Shown here: positions 9,440-20,024 of the stretch, in pieces
Position numbering within the stretch: position 1 is the first letter of the stretch
Layout of the letters: each line of letters starts with the position of its first letter
IMG/VR virus record: IMGVR_UViG_3300016472_000940
Location: 57,025 to 121,024 of that record
Strand: one strand, 5' to 3'
Origin: a virus
DNA length: 64,000 nucleotides
Notes under the pieces: generated by a model
Told to the model about the DNA's origin: nothing
Seen by the model: only the letters and a program-made list of their open reading frames with translations
Databases searched by the model: none
Position numbers and translations under genes: made by a program

Positions 9440-9643
9440 ATGGAAACATTCACGGCTATTATAAAAAATGTTTATGCCTCTGACAAATCAAGAAGCATCA
9501 AGGTAAGAGCAGAGGATACATGGCTAGCGCACAAATTAACCTCTGAGCATTATAACCAACTAAGAGAAGACGTAGTTACAATTAAAGATAGCCGTGGTAA
9601 TGAAGTTTACAATCTAGAAAAAGGGTTTCTTCTCGAATCCTGA
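9440..9643 (+). CDS. Hypothetical protein
   Basis: 67-aa ORF downstream of a TTGATT promoter-like element. Confidence 0.55.
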   Translation: METFTAIIKNVYASDKSRSIKVRAEDTWLAHKLTSEHYNQLREDVVTIKDSRGNEVYNLEKGFLLES

Positions 9644-9718
9644 TGCAATCAAAAATAAATATCTTTAAAAAGATATACAGATGCAATTAAAGTTCTTGAA
9701 TTTATTATCTTGAAGTAG

Positions 9719-9952
9719 ATGAATACACTCACTCTTCAAGTTGTCGAACAAAGTAAAAGCGGCTCTTATCACGTCAAGCTTTTTGTTGATGAAAAAGAAG
9801 CAGGTATTTTTTATTTAACTGAAAAACAGTTTGATTTTTTTGTTAGTTCTTTCAGGCAAAATGCTCACGACAAAGGAATAACCTTTTCTGTAGAAAATCC
9901 GTTCGATTTTTTTGAAGAAGACGACGAAAATTATTTCGACGAAAATAATTAA
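9719..9952 (+). CDS. Hypothetical protein with acidic C-terminus
   Basis: 77-aa ORF. Confidence 0.55.
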   Translation: MNTLTLQVVEQSKSGSYHVKLFVDEKEAGIFYLTEKQFDFFVSSFRQNAHDKGITFSVENPFDFFEEDDENYFDENN

Positions 9953-9984
9953 TTTTTTTCCAAAAAAAAATAATAAATAATTGT

Positions 9985-10191
9985 GTGAAGTTCACGCAGT
10001 CAGTTGGCAAGTTCTTCTGCGAAGAATTCAGCACACATGTGTATGAAGATGCTCGGCGTCATAGTATTCTTGTGAATATTGATCATGAATGGTTCAGTCA
10101 ACTAGTCACAGGAATGGAGAAAAGAAGATATAAACTCGTACATGTAACTGAAATGCCTAAGTCGATCACTTGCGTTTTTTGTAAGCCTTGA
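9985..10191 (+). CDS. Hypothetical protein
   Basis: 68-aa ORF, GTG start, TAAATA at 9974-9979. Confidence 0.55.
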   Translation: MKFTQSVGKFFCEEFSTHVYEDARRHSILVNIDHEWFSQLVTGMEKRRYKLVHVTEMPKSITCVFCKP

Positions 10192-10221
10192 TTATACTTT
10201 TTTATATAATATTATAGAAGG

Positions 10222-10959
10222 GTGTCAAGATCTAGAGTTCCTGTTTTTAATGCCAAAGCTCACACCTACACAGACCCAGTAGATGATTTTGTTTATACAA
10301 GCGTTACAAGGTGGGTAGAGAGATTTAAAAAGCCTTTTGATGAAAGAGGCACGGCGGCGCGAATTGCCCTTCGTGAAGGAATTCCCATACAAATGATTTT
10401 AGATGAATGGGAGAAAAAAAGAGAGGATAGTAAAGTCTTTGGCACAGCTGTTCACAGACTACTAGAAATGTATTTTACGGAGAATAAAATTGTTAATCGT
10501 CCTCTATCTCCCGTACTAACAAAATTTAAAAAACTAAACATTTCTTTTAATAAGAAAACCTTTTTTGAAAAATTAGTTTTTAACCGAAAACTCGGTATTG
10601 CAGGTATGTCTGATATAATTGCACACAATGACGATGGTCAAACGTTTGATGTGTATGACTTCAAGACAAACAAAAAACTTAGATACACCTCGAGCTTTGA
10701 TGATTTTATGCTCGAACCACTGCAGAAATATCCTGCATGCGAATATTTTTCATATTCTCTTCAATTAAGTATGTATGCGTACTTATACAGTCAAATGTCA
10801 GGTCTAGAGCCCAAGAGACTTAAAATATTTTGGTATGAAAGAAAGAAGCCAGAAGACTATAGTAATTTAGAAGGTGAGTGGAGAGTTATTGATGTACCAT
10901 ATCTAGAAAACGATATACATAATTGCCTGAAGCATGAAAAGCAGAAGATCTTGGCCTGA
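10222..10959 (+). CDS. PD-(D/E)XK exonuclease
   Basis: H.Y....YTSVT, GTAVH, E...IAGMSDII...YDFKT, YSLQLSMYA motifs. Confidence 0.8.
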   Translation: MSRSRVPVFNAKAHTYTDPVDDFVYTSVTRWVERFKKPFDERGTAARIALREGIPIQMILDEWEKKREDSKVFGTAVHRLLEMYFTENKIVNRPLSPVLTKFKKLNISFNKKTFFEKLVFNRKLGIAGMSDIIAHNDDGQTFDVYDFKTNKKLRYTSSFDDFMLEPLQKYPACEYFSYSLQLSMYAYLYSQMSGLEPKRLKIFWYERKKPEDYSNLEGEWRVIDVPYLENDIHNCLKHEKQKILA

Positions 10960-11353
10960 ACATGCAATGGCGCTAGCTATAGAGGCCTCAAAGCGTAGTG
11001 AGGACCCCTATAACAAAGTTGGTGCTTGTGCCTTAGGTTATGATAAAAGAGTTTTGGGGGTAGCGTACAATGGATTAGCTTCTGGTAAGAATGTTAAGAA
11101 AAAATTTTGGCGAAACAGAGATGAGAGACGACCATATATGATTCATGCTGAACAAAATTTACTAAGTTTATTTGGTCGTAATCAGGCTGAGCTTATAGCT
11201 GTGACACTTTTTCCCTGTTCGTATTGTGCGCGATTAATATGTACATGGAATATACCGATAGTTTATTATAATGAAGAATATAAGCATGATATCTATGGAA
11301 AAAGTGTATTTGATTTTTATGGTGTGAAATACTATAAATTGCCTAGAAAATAG
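10934..11353 (+). CDS. dCMP deaminase
   Basis: RSEDPYNKVGAC, YNG, HAEQN, PCSYC zinc-deaminase motifs. Confidence 0.85.
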   Translation: MKSRRSWPEHAMALAIEASKRSEDPYNKVGACALGYDKRVLGVAYNGLASGKNVKKKFWRNRDERRPYMIHAEQNLLSLFGRNQAELIAVTLFPCSYCARLICTWNIPIVYYNEEYKHDIYGKSVFDFYGVKYYKLPRK

Positions 11354-11376
11354 TAGGCGCCATATAAATACATTAT

Positions 11377-12084
11377 ATGGCAGTAGCTACAATATCAGTA
11401 AACTTTGCAAACTCAACAGACACTGCAAACGGTTCATCTAATAGTACAAGTATTAATCCAGCAGTATTAAAAGATGCACTACAATCTGGCTCTAGTTTTT
11501 ACAATATAAGCATTAATGGTGCAACGTTTAATAATAATGTTACTATTGCTGCTGGCGGCTTGACAATTACCTCGGGTGTTGCAACCATAGGTGGTGGGCT
11601 AACAGTTAATTCTGGTGGTGTGGCTGCAACAGGCAACTCTTCTATTGACGGTACTCTTACTGTTTCTGGTGTAAGTACCTTCACAAACGGTACTACTTCA
11701 AGCTCTCCTTCTAACGGTGCAGTTGTTATTACAGGTGGATTAGGTGTAGGCGGCCCGATCAATGCAGCTGGTGATATAACCGCGTATGCAACCTCAGATG
11801 TAAGATTAAAAACTAATGTTACGACAATTGAAAGTGCATTAGATAAGATTTTAAAATTGAGTGGAATTAAGTTCGATTGGAAGCCGGAATCTGGACACGA
11901 AGGTACAGATTATGGAGTACTCGCACATGAAGTTGAAGCGGTACTACCTGAGATAGTAACAACTCGCCCTGGTGAAGAAAAGTATAAGGCAGTAAGGTAT
12001 GAAAAACTAATTCCTGTATTAATAGAAGCTATTAAAGAATTAGCCTCTAAAAGCAATTACGGTAAATGCAGTAGGGAAGTTTAA
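11377..12084 (+). CDS. Tail fibre/spike with C-terminal intramolecular chaperone (peptidase S74)
   Basis: GDITAYATSDVRLKTNV...GVLAHEVEAVLPE...VRYEKLIPVLIEAIKEL; TATAAATA at 11363-11370. Confidence 0.85.
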   Translation: MAVATISVNFANSTDTANGSSNSTSINPAVLKDALQSGSSFYNISINGATFNNNVTIAAGGLTITSGVATIGGGLTVNSGGVAATGNSSIDGTLTVSGVSTFTNGTTSSSPSNGAVVITGGLGVGGPINAAGDITAYATSDVRLKTNVTTIESALDKILKLSGIKFDWKPESGHEGTDYGVLAHEVEAVLPEIVTTRPGEEKYKAVRYEKLIPVLIEAIKELASKSNYGKCSREV

Positions 12085-12614
12085 TGAAACTGCCAGCGTC
12101 TGGGCCGCTCTCTGTATCACAAATAAACACGCTAAAGGCGTTAGGTAATGTGCCAACATCTCTTGATGCACGAGAACTTCAATATATGGGCGGTAACACA
12201 CCTGCTAATGCTCAAGTAGCGGGTGTTTGTATGCCTAACCAAGCTGAAATGAGTAATACCCCACGGCCTGCAGGTACGTCTAACGTTACTTGGACATACA
12301 CAGGACCAACGGTAAGATGGCGCCCAACAAGAATTAGTGAATTCTACGCTGCATATAATGGCCTGCCAAGTATTGCTGGTGTTGCTGTACCTACAGGCGA
12401 TGCAGCTGGTAATAACGGTCAGATTAGAGTTACATGCAGTGGCAGTGACGCTGGTGCACCGTATACTGTATATTATAACGGTGCCTGGTATGTGACAAAC
12501 GGAAGTAACCAAGCAACCTTCAATGTTTCTCGCGGCGCACGGGTTTTCTACGTCAGAGATAGTGAAAATTGCGGTACAAATTTAGAAATAAGTGCAACTG
12601 TAAGCTACCCGTAA
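12084..12614 (+). CDS. Putative virion/fibre-associated protein
   Basis: MKLPASGPLSVSQIN N-terminus typical of fibre-associated proteins; coupled to the S74 gene. Confidence 0.55.
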   Translation: MKLPASGPLSVSQINTLKALGNVPTSLDARELQYMGGNTPANAQVAGVCMPNQAEMSNTPRPAGTSNVTWTYTGPTVRWRPTRISEFYAAYNGLPSIAGVAVPTGDAAGNNGQIRVTCSGSDAGAPYTVYYNGAWYVTNGSNQATFNVSRGARVFYVRDSENCGTNLEISATVSYP

Positions 12615-12652
12615 CTTGATTCAAAATATTTTGTAGCTATATATATTATACT

Positions 12653-13915
12653 ATGGAAAGTAATTTTGCTGCAACTACAGTCTATTCCAAGATATTAGAC
12701 AAAGTAATTATAAAGGCGGCCTATGATCAAAACGATGATTTTCTGTTTTGGTCACTCTTTACTAATAATAAAAAGACAATTAAAAGAGTATTTCCAGATC
12801 TAGATATTACTGATCTGGAGTTTAACACTGAAAAGCATGATCGTTTTGAAACTTTTGATTTAAAGCAAGGTAAAAAAACAATTATTGATCTTGACAAAAT
12901 TGATTGTGTGTCTATACCTGAACTTCCGTTTGAATTTTCGCCAGTCTTTCTTTTCAATGAAAGATTTGAAAAGAAAGTCAAAACATTTCCCTATCAAAAA
13001 ATTCAAAAGAAAACTATTTTTGAATTAAAAAAACATAGTATTATTTCAAACAAAGAATCTGCTATTCTTACTCCTAAAGTCACTTTTCTTACAAAAGTTA
13101 AACCTGGATGTGATATATTAGGCATTTCAAACAGCGAGGCCCTTTCAAACAAAAAAACAATACTCAAAACAGCATTTGCCAACTACAAGAAAGAGCTAAA
13201 CAAACATTTTAAATTTCTTCTTACCGAGCTTACCCAGGAGCGAACAACCTTACAAAAACGATTAACCGAAGGATGTCCATTTGCTGCTGACTCACTTAAA
13301 ACATTAGAGACACTTGAGATCTCGGCCAAAGAAGAACAAACAAGCATTAAACTTGAAAATTATTTGATACCTCTTGATATGATTACTTCTTGGCCAAAGA
13401 GTCTACTACCATCCCCGGACTGGATAATTACTGATGATGTAACAATCAGTTGTATTAATAATTACAAGAGTGGTATATTATACAATAAAGCCTCTTTTGT
13501 TGATTTTTATACTAATATTGCAAAAAATATTACTTCCTTCTACAAGGTAAACATTACTAATAAAAACAACAACAATACAGAAGAAAAATTGTTGGGTATA
13601 AAACAGGAAGATGATGTAATAGAGCTTTTATCTATACCATTAGGTGATTATGTTGCAGAACAAACACCTATTGAGGCGCTTAACACTAGCGTATTTACTA
13701 ATGCATATGCTATTCATCATCTTTTCTTTGAAATTGATGCTAACGGAAAGTTTGTTGAGAGCAATGTCAACTATTCTATTGAATTGAATAACGAAGCAAT
13801 TTATATTAAAGACGCCACGGGTAACTTACTATTTGAAGCTGTTAAAGACAATACAGTTAATATTACAATCGACGATATAAATGACCGACTTAAGAAATTC
13901 CTAATCGTTGGGTAA
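12653..13915 (+). CDS. Hypothetical protein
   Basis: 420-aa ORF; internal helical segment ending WPKSLLPSP. Confidence 0.6.
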   Translation: MESNFAATTVYSKILDKVIIKAAYDQNDDFLFWSLFTNNKKTIKRVFPDLDITDLEFNTEKHDRFETFDLKQGKKTIIDLDKIDCVSIPELPFEFSPVFLFNERFEKKVKTFPYQKIQKKTIFELKKHSIISNKESAILTPKVTFLTKVKPGCDILGISNSEALSNKKTILKTAFANYKKELNKHFKFLLTELTQERTTLQKRLTEGCPFAADSLKTLETLEISAKEEQTSIKLENYLIPLDMITSWPKSLLPSPDWIITDDVTISCINNYKSGILYNKASFVDFYTNIAKNITSFYKVNITNKNNNNTEEKLLGIKQEDDVIELLSIPLGDYVAEQTPIEALNTSVFTNAYAIHHLFFEIDANGKFVESNVNYSIELNNEAIYIKDATGNLLFEAVKDNTVNITIDDINDRLKKFLIVG

Positions 13916-14828
13916 TATCAACAAACCTAGAAACTATACTTTGTTCGTCGTTCTCATTTTCTCGCGATTTAATATTTTGTAAGATATCTAAAAAATATTG
14001 TTCGCTTGTTGAATAGTTCACTAGCTTTTCAACAAAATCGTATGCACCATCTATTTCGATAAAATCTTTGCTAGGGGTACCAACAGCACATAGTGCTGGT
14101 TCTTTATTATAAAAACCTGGTATGTTGCAATAGAAAGACATAAACAGTCTGTTTGGATGCTTATAGCCAGCATAATTATAGCCTATTTCCTTATTTCTAA
14201 TAAAGAAAAATATATCCTCGTCGCCTTTATTATTATTAGCCGTACAGTTCAACCTAAACTCTATGTTTGATATCATATCTACTTTCTTTTTTGTATTGCA
14301 GTATTTTTTTATAAAAGCTTCTTTTTGCTCGATCAAATATAATAAATCTTTATCAATATTCTCATACAATCCCATACATGTAGCCACTTTAGGTGGGAAG
14401 CATACTGTTGTTTTCTTCAGTCCAACCGGCAGGGGCTCTGGAAAATATAACAACTCTACTGAATATTTTTTCTCTACAATTAACGAGGGATTAATATTAC
14501 CTGAATAACCCGTACATGCTGTTAAATCGGCTGTTAGATATAAATTACACCCACCAATCAACGGCTTATCCGAAACAAATTGTATCTTTTTTGCTGGTGT
14601 ATTGAAGTTAAATGCATCTAGGTTATCAAAATGGAAAAAAATTGCATCGCTTGCTCGAGTATTACTTAAATCTCTAACCAGCTCTATGTTTTGAATGCCG
14701 TTATTTTTCAATATCCAATATACATACGAAGAATAAACATCTCTTCCTTTAAACGATTTATAACAATTATAAAGAGAGGGAAGCTCTCTATAATTTGGAA
14801 GCAACGTCTTTGTAGGGAAGTAAATCAT
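13890..14828 (-). CDS. Hypothetical protein, possibly GT-B glycosyltransferase-like
   Basis: 312 aa; YKHPNRLFMSF..NIPG resembles the K..R......gvP segment of GT-B enzymes. Confidence 0.45.
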   Translation of the reverse strand: MIYFPTKTLLPNYRELPSLYNCYKSFKGRDVYSSYVYWILKNNGIQNIELVRDLSNTRASDAIFFHFDNLDAFNFNTPAKKIQFVSDKPLIGGCNLYLTADLTACTGYSGNINPSLIVEKKYSVELLYFPEPLPVGLKKTTVCFPPKVATCMGLYENIDKDLLYLIEQKEAFIKKYCNTKKKVDMISNIEFRLNCTANNNKGDEDIFFFIRNKEIGYNYAGYKHPNRLFMSFYCNIPGFYNKEPALCAVGTPSKDFIEIDGAYDFVEKLVNYSTSEQYFLDILQNIKSRENENDEQSIVSRFVDITQRLGIS

Positions 14829-15598
14829 TTTCTGTTTACCATAATAAACTCTGACCAGACAACAGGTAAATTATACTTACTTTGTTGCGTATGATACTTC
14901 CCATATTCGGTGAGAGTTTTTTTGTCTAAAAACGTACACTCACAATCTTCGAAATTAATATTAGGTCTTATTTTTCTATATAAATCTTTGCGGTAATTTC
15001 TTAAATTTGTCGTAGTTTTATCAATGAGAAAAAATCTTTCGAATAGCTGCAAACTTTGACGGTATTTTATTGGCAGAAAGAAGAAGATATTATACCATCC
15101 CCAATATGTTTTATCTTTTTTTGCTTTTGAATGTAGATTTAAATCTAAGATGTATATATGCCCGCCCGGCTTGACAACTCGGCGTATTTCCTTACATACT
15201 TTCTCCTTGTTTAGTGCATGTGAAAAGCTTTCTATAAAATAACACCCGTCGAAGGAATTATCTCTAAAATCTAAATTTTCAAAATTTTGAAGGGATATAA
15301 TGCAACGGTCTGTGCATTTACTAGCAGCAATGTCTACTTGCTTTTGACTTAACGTCACGCCAGTTATGTTTATATTCTTATTATTCTTACTAGCTTTTAA
15401 GGAAAAAGAAAAATCACCGCATCCAGCATCGAGGTATGACCCAGGTTTCTTAAAAATCTTTTTATATAATATATTATCATGTTCATCGAGAAACTGGTGG
15501 AATCTAAACGATTGCGTTCTTCTGTACGTATCTATCCAAGCCCGTGTAGTAGTATTATAGTAAATACCTACCTTAGTATAATGTTCAGCTAAATTCAT
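14825..15598 (-). CDS. Class I SAM-dependent methyltransferase
   Basis: YLDAGCGD, ITGVTLSQKQV, FRDNSFD...IESFSH...RRVVKPGG. Confidence 0.85.
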   Translation of the reverse strand: MNLAEHYTKVGIYYNTTTRAWIDTYRRTQSFRFHQFLDEHDNILYKKIFKKPGSYLDAGCGDFSFSLKASKNNKNINITGVTLSQKQVDIAASKCTDRCIISLQNFENLDFRDNSFDGCYFIESFSHALNKEKVCKEIRRVVKPGGHIYILDLNLHSKAKKDKTYWGWYNIFFFLPIKYRQSLQLFERFFLIDKTTTNLRNYRKDLYRKIRPNINFEDCECTFLDKKTLTEYGKYHTQQSKYNLPVVWSEFIMVNRK

Positions 15599-16344
15599 AA
15601 ATGCGAGATAGTATCTACTTCACCTGCTTTTTCTAATTTTAAATAATCTTTCGGATATATGTAGGCCGAATACTCTATATTCGTTAAGTATGCACCGTAA
15701 TTCTTATAAATCAAATTTTTAGGTAATTTAGGAAAGTTTTTTTGAAAACAATTTTTATCAGAATTAAGCATTATTATCTTTGAACCAAAATTTGTTTCGG
15801 TGTATTCGACAGTATCACAGGAAATATCTATATTAAGATTTCTACTAAAATACTCTTTGGCCATGTTATTTTTGAAATAAATGTAATTTTTTAAGAATTT
15901 AGATTGTCCTCTGTATTCGTATGATATACCGTATATTTCATCACCGGTAAATATTCTCTCAGGCAAAAAAACTGTCTTATGTTTTGCCATAGCGGGGCTT
16001 GAATAGAATATTGACGGTACTTTGAAGTGAAACTGCCTTACAAGCCCGCTGTTTGTTTTCTTAATAGCAAATGTAACTCCACGCTTACATACCGGATTAT
16101 CAGAGAAATCTGCAAATCTATATACATTTAGCAAATCTTCTTCAGTTGGTAAAAATTGCAGAGCTTGCTGTTTGCTAAGAAAAAACGATGTTGTAAAGTA
16201 AAATTTTTCCGAGATTATATTTTTGTCACGATCTACGTTTATTCCTAGTATGTTGCCTCTGCAAAATTTATTATTTGAATCTATTTTTCTATAGTTTATA
16301 ATAAATTTAGAAACCTCAGGGTCTTTTAATAACGTCTCAAACAC
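15595..16344 (-). CDS. Hypothetical protein (possible ABBA-barrel-like; paralogue of 21789-22439)
   Basis: Probable GTG start at 16344, because the longer ORF overlaps the Asn synthetase; repeated G-x(7-10)-K-x-Y units. Confidence 0.55.
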   Translation of the reverse strand: MFETLLKDPEVSKFIINYRKIDSNNKFCRGNILGINVDRDKNIISEKFYFTTSFFLSKQQALQFLPTEEDLLNVYRFADFSDNPVCKRGVTFAIKKTNSGLVRQFHFKVPSIFYSSPAMAKHKTVFLPERIFTGDEIYGISYEYRGQSKFLKNYIYFKNNMAKEYFSRNLNIDISCDTVEYTETNFGSKIIMLNSDKNCFQKNFPKLPKNLIYKNYGAYLTNIEYSAYIYPKDYLKLEKAGEVDTISHL

Positions 16345-16357
16345 GATAATATATAAT

Positions 16358-17644
16358 ATGTGTAGTTTTTCCTTTTCAACTAATTCCAACGATTTAAACG
16401 TATTAAGATCTAATAATATCTTTCTTAGCAAGCGCGGCCCAGACCATACTAGCATAGTTGACCAAGATGGAATTTGTGCTATACATAACTTATTACACAT
16501 TACAGGCATTCGAACTGTTCAGCCTGTACGAAGTAAAGACTTACTCGTGTTTTTTAATGGTGAAATTTATAATTACCCAAAAAAGTATAAAAATGATTCT
16601 TTAGCGTTGCCACATTTCTTTAAAAGTATAGATAAGTTTCATTCTGTGGTAGATGGTGAATATGCAATAGTTTTTTATGATAAAAAGAATGAATTGGTCT
16701 ACTTCTTAAGAGATATTTTTGGTACAAAGCCATTATATTACTCTACCGCAAATAATAAACTACTTCTATCTTCTCTTAAGAGCGGTCTTCATAATTTAAC
16801 TGAAAACATTCAGACCGTGCTACCAAATGCCATTTATATATATAATATACGTAATAAGAAGTTAACAATTAAACACAACATACATAAGTTTGACATTAAT
16901 CAAAAAAAATCGGATTTATCAGACTTTAATACCGCTCTCAAGAATGCTGTACGCAAGCGGGTGCCCAAACAAAAATTTTGTGTTGGACTTTCAAGCGGTA
17001 TTGACAGCGGTACTATTGCTCTCTTAACTTGTAAGCGTAAAAATTCAAATTTTATTTCTATTTTAAATAACGAAAATAAAGAAATAATTTTTCAGCGTAG
17101 TAGTATTATTGGTGGCAAGCTAACAACCTATACGTTTGATACGCGAGCTAAAACTGCTGCATTTAAAACTCTATTACAGCAATCTGAACCTGAAACCTAT
17201 TTAGGGTATAATTATTTTACAGATTCCTCATCTTTTTGTCTTTCTTATATTGGACAATTTTGCAATAAGAACAATATAAAGGTATTTTTATCTGGTACGG
17301 GCGCGGATGAAATTTATTCTGATTACGGGTTTAATGGTTATAAGTTTACAGATAATAGTTGCTTTGGTGGTCTCTATCCCGCGGATCTAGCAACAATATT
17401 TCCGTGGAAAAATTTTTATGGTGGTACAATGGACCAGTATCTCGAAAAAGATGAAAAAATACTCGGTTCTTTTGGTATAGAAACCAGATATCCTTTCCTT
17501 GATAAGCAACTGGTTCAAGAGTTTTTATGGCTAACACCCGCCGTAAAAAATAGGTATTATAAGTATTGCTTTGTGGACAAATTAACTAAAGCTCGATTTC
17601 CGTTTTGGACTGAAAAGAAAGGATTTTCTTGTGAAAAGAAGTGA
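16358..17644 (+). CDS. Asparagine synthetase B-like amidotransferase
   Basis: N-terminal MC, RGPD, FNGEIYN, RDIFGTKPLYY, LSSGIDS, SGTGADEI, ETRYPFLD. Confidence 0.9.
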   Translation: MCSFSFSTNSNDLNVLRSNNIFLSKRGPDHTSIVDQDGICAIHNLLHITGIRTVQPVRSKDLLVFFNGEIYNYPKKYKNDSLALPHFFKSIDKFHSVVDGEYAIVFYDKKNELVYFLRDIFGTKPLYYSTANNKLLLSSLKSGLHNLTENIQTVLPNAIYIYNIRNKKLTIKHNIHKFDINQKKSDLSDFNTALKNAVRKRVPKQKFCVGLSSGIDSGTIALLTCKRKNSNFISILNNENKEIIFQRSSIIGGKLTTYTFDTRAKTAAFKTLLQQSEPETYLGYNYFTDSSSFCLSYIGQFCNKNNIKVFLSGTGADEIYSDYGFNGYKFTDNSCFGGLYPADLATIFPWKNFYGGTMDQYLEKDEKILGSFGIETRYPFLDKQLVQEFLWLTPAVKNRYYKYCFVDKLTKARFPFWTEKKGFSCEKK

Positions 17645-18428
17645 TCATTCCTTAGTTTTCGTGTTAGATTCTAGTTATTATTTAGACCTATTTAAAATAG
17701 CTTTATATAGCATACAGAAAAATAACGACATTTCGACGATAGATATTAATTTATTTGTGTTGCCAGACCAAGAGATTTTCTTTACCAAGATCTTAGATAA
17801 GTTTAATTTTAAAAACAAGTTTATTCATATAATTAATACTAAGAAATACGATACTATAGAGTTTGCTAAACAAAGAGACTGGCTCTTTTCACCTGCATAT
17901 AGGTTCGAAATCTTTAAACTCAAAAAATACAAAAGCATACTCTACATGGATACAGATATTCTTGTTATTTCAAATTTTCTTGATATCTTTCAAATGGATA
18001 AACTAAGCGTATGTAATTTACATCGTGTGACTAACAATTATTATTTTGAGAATAAATTTCAAGGATTTAATGCTGGTGTAATGCTCATACCACAAGCTTT
18101 TTTGAAGGCTAAAATAGCGAGCGATTTAATTAAACTATGTAAAAAAACTAAATTTAACGGTAATCAAGAACCACTAAACCTCTATTTTAAAGATTATATT
18201 AATTTTTTACCTCAATCGTATAACACGACAACAGATTTATTGACAGTAGAAAATTTAGAGGTAGCAAAAATAATACATTTTATTGGTCTTGAGAAATATA
18301 ATTTCAATGAAAATAAGCTCTATTTTTCTAGCTATGTAAATAAGTTTTTATCAGATTTCTTAAAAGCCAAGCTAAACAATATCTATAATAAATATTTTTT
18401 AGAGGCTAGACAATTTTATAATGAATGA
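17631..18428 (+). CDS. Glycosyltransferase family 8
   Basis: YRFEIF, ILYMDTDILV (DxD), FNAGVMLI, NQEPLN, IIHFIG. Confidence 0.85.
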   Translation: MKRSDHSLVFVLDSSYYLDLFKIALYSIQKNNDISTIDINLFVLPDQEIFFTKILDKFNFKNKFIHIINTKKYDTIEFAKQRDWLFSPAYRFEIFKLKKYKSILYMDTDILVISNFLDIFQMDKLSVCNLHRVTNNYYFENKFQGFNAGVMLIPQAFLKAKIASDLIKLCKKTKFNGNQEPLNLYFKDYINFLPQSYNTTTDLLTVENLEVAKIIHFIGLEKYNFNENKLYFSSYVNKFLSDFLKAKLNNIYNKYFLEARQFYNE

Positions 18429-18627
18429 TGTTTACAAGGTTTCATTAGATTTTTTTAACTTTAATCTTCCATGTCCAAAAGAGATACCGAATTGTGAAGA
18501 ATATAGAAAAGAGTATTATAGTAAGGTAAAGTTCGTTGAATCGCTAGGTGTTTGTACTCCATGTGAGGTAACAAACATAAAAAACTTTTATATCATATTA
18601 TTCAAAGAATTGCTCGGCAAAACATAA
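18421..18627 (+). CDS. Small Cys-containing protein
   Basis: 68 aa, C-x6-C...CxxC. Confidence 0.55.
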   Translation: MNDVYKVSLDFFNFNLPCPKEIPNCEEYRKEYYSKVKFVESLGVCTPCEVTNIKNFYIILFKELLGKT

Positions 18628-19136
18628 CCATCAGTATCATATTGCGGCTCTACATCGCTATCAGCTAAGATTAATCGCCCCTCTTCACCTGTAGTGTTTT
18701 CAGGGGTTATTACATCATTATCCATAATAAGAAACTTAACTAACCAGGCGTTTTGATCAATCATGTTCACCTTCATTAATTTAAAACTATCTTTACCAAT
18801 AAACCCCGCGTAGTTGGCTTCCCCTCCAGCTGTTTGAAGATTGAGGGCACCATAGGCATCAGCATCTTGTAATGCTGTAATTGTAAAAATACCGTCATTA
18901 TTCTGTGTAACGCGAATATCTTGGTCTTGAAGGCTATTATCAAGCGGCGCTAATATTTTTAACCGAAAATCTGCTGTTCTGTTTTCTAGGTTAAAACTTA
19001 ATTTTGTATATTTTATTCTGACTAATTGTAATTTAAAATCTGTAGAATTTTCAAAAAAAGCTAAGTCTTTATGACAATGAAAATAGGTACTATACCACAT
19101 ATAGTTTCTATTTAAAAGGTTAAAATTAACCGCCAT
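18588..19136 (-). CDS. Hypothetical protein, late-expressed
   Basis: 182-aa ORF with TAAATA at 19146-19151. Confidence 0.6.
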   Translation of the reverse strand: MAVNFNLLNRNYMWYSTYFHCHKDLAFFENSTDFKLQLVRIKYTKLSFNLENRTADFRLKILAPLDNSLQDQDIRVTQNNDGIFTITALQDADAYGALNLQTAGGEANYAGFIGKDSFKLMKVNMIDQNAWLVKFLIMDNDVITPENTTGEEGRLILADSDVEPQYDTDGYVLPSNSLNNMI

Positions 19137-19196
19137 AAGCGCTATTATTTATGTATAGTTTATGGAAAAACTATATTTTCAATATAATATAATTAT

Positions 19197-20024
19197 ATGC
19201 TTAAGAATAATATAGACAATAGAAAGCTATATACTGATGGCTATATTATTCTTCGAGGTGTTATAGATAAAAATATACTATCAAGACTTAGGGCTTTTTA
19301 CGAGCAAAATATTAAACAAGCAAAATTTGATATATATTGTGGCAAGGGCATTAATCATGTCAATACAGCAATGAGTCCAAACAAAACTTACAAAAAAAAT
19401 GTATTAAAAATTGTTAGGAAAGAGCTCCAACCAGTAGTAGACGAGCTATTCGAAGAATTTAAAATTGTTATTGCAAATTATATTATAAAGTATCCTGGTG
19501 GTGAAAATGAATGCAAAGTGCATCAAGACATCTCTTTAATCGAAGAAGACGACACATCTTCATCTTATACAATATGGTTTACTCTCGACACAGTAGATGC
19601 AAAATCAAGCCCACTTTATGCAGTACCCCGCACACACCATACGTTAAGAAACTTTATTAGAGGCGTCGGCGTAACACTGAATCTCAATAAGTACCGAGAT
19701 AAACTAATTCCAAAAGCAACAACACTATTACCTTTTAATGCAGGCGATATGTTAGTGATGAATCCCCGCGTGATTCACGGGTCACTGCCTGTATCTGATA
19801 ATCATGATACTAGGATCGCCATTGGAATAGGTATTATACCATGCTCAAAAAAGCATGTTTTGTATATTAAAGAAAACGACGTAGTAAAAAAATATTTTGT
19901 TAACGAAGAAACAATGCTAAATTATAATCCTGAAAAAAAATACAAATTTAAGGAAGAATATGAAATTATTTCGCCAACAGAGATTGACTACGAACAATAC
20001 AAAAAAATTTTAGAAAATATCTAA
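19197..20024 (+). CDS. PhyH-family 2OG-Fe(II) dioxygenase
   Basis: DGYIILRGVI, HQD, TIWFTLD, VPRTH, AGDMLV....IHGS...R. Confidence 0.85.
   Translation: MLKNNIDNRKLYTDGYIILRGVIDKNILSRLRAFYEQNIKQAKFDIYCGKGINHVNTAMSPNKTYKKNVLKIVRKELQPVVDELFEEFKIVIANYIIKYPGGENECKVHQDISLIEEDDTSSSYTIWFTLDTVDAKSSPLYAVPRTHHTLRNFIRGVGVTLNLNKYRDKLIPKATTLLPFNAGDMLVMNPRVIHGSLPVSDNHDTRIAIGIGIIPCSKKHVLYIKENDVVKKYFVNEETMLNYNPEKKYKFKEEYEIISPTEIDYEQYKKILENI

Noticed and set aside
10222-10959. CRISPR-associated Cas4
   Set aside because: No array or other cas genes and no Cas4 Cys cluster; it is an ordinary phage PD-(D/E)XK nuclease.
16358-17644. Lasso-peptide cyclase
   Set aside because: It keeps the N-terminal Cys glutaminase domain; I saw no transglutaminase-like B protein, RRE or lasso precursor nearby.
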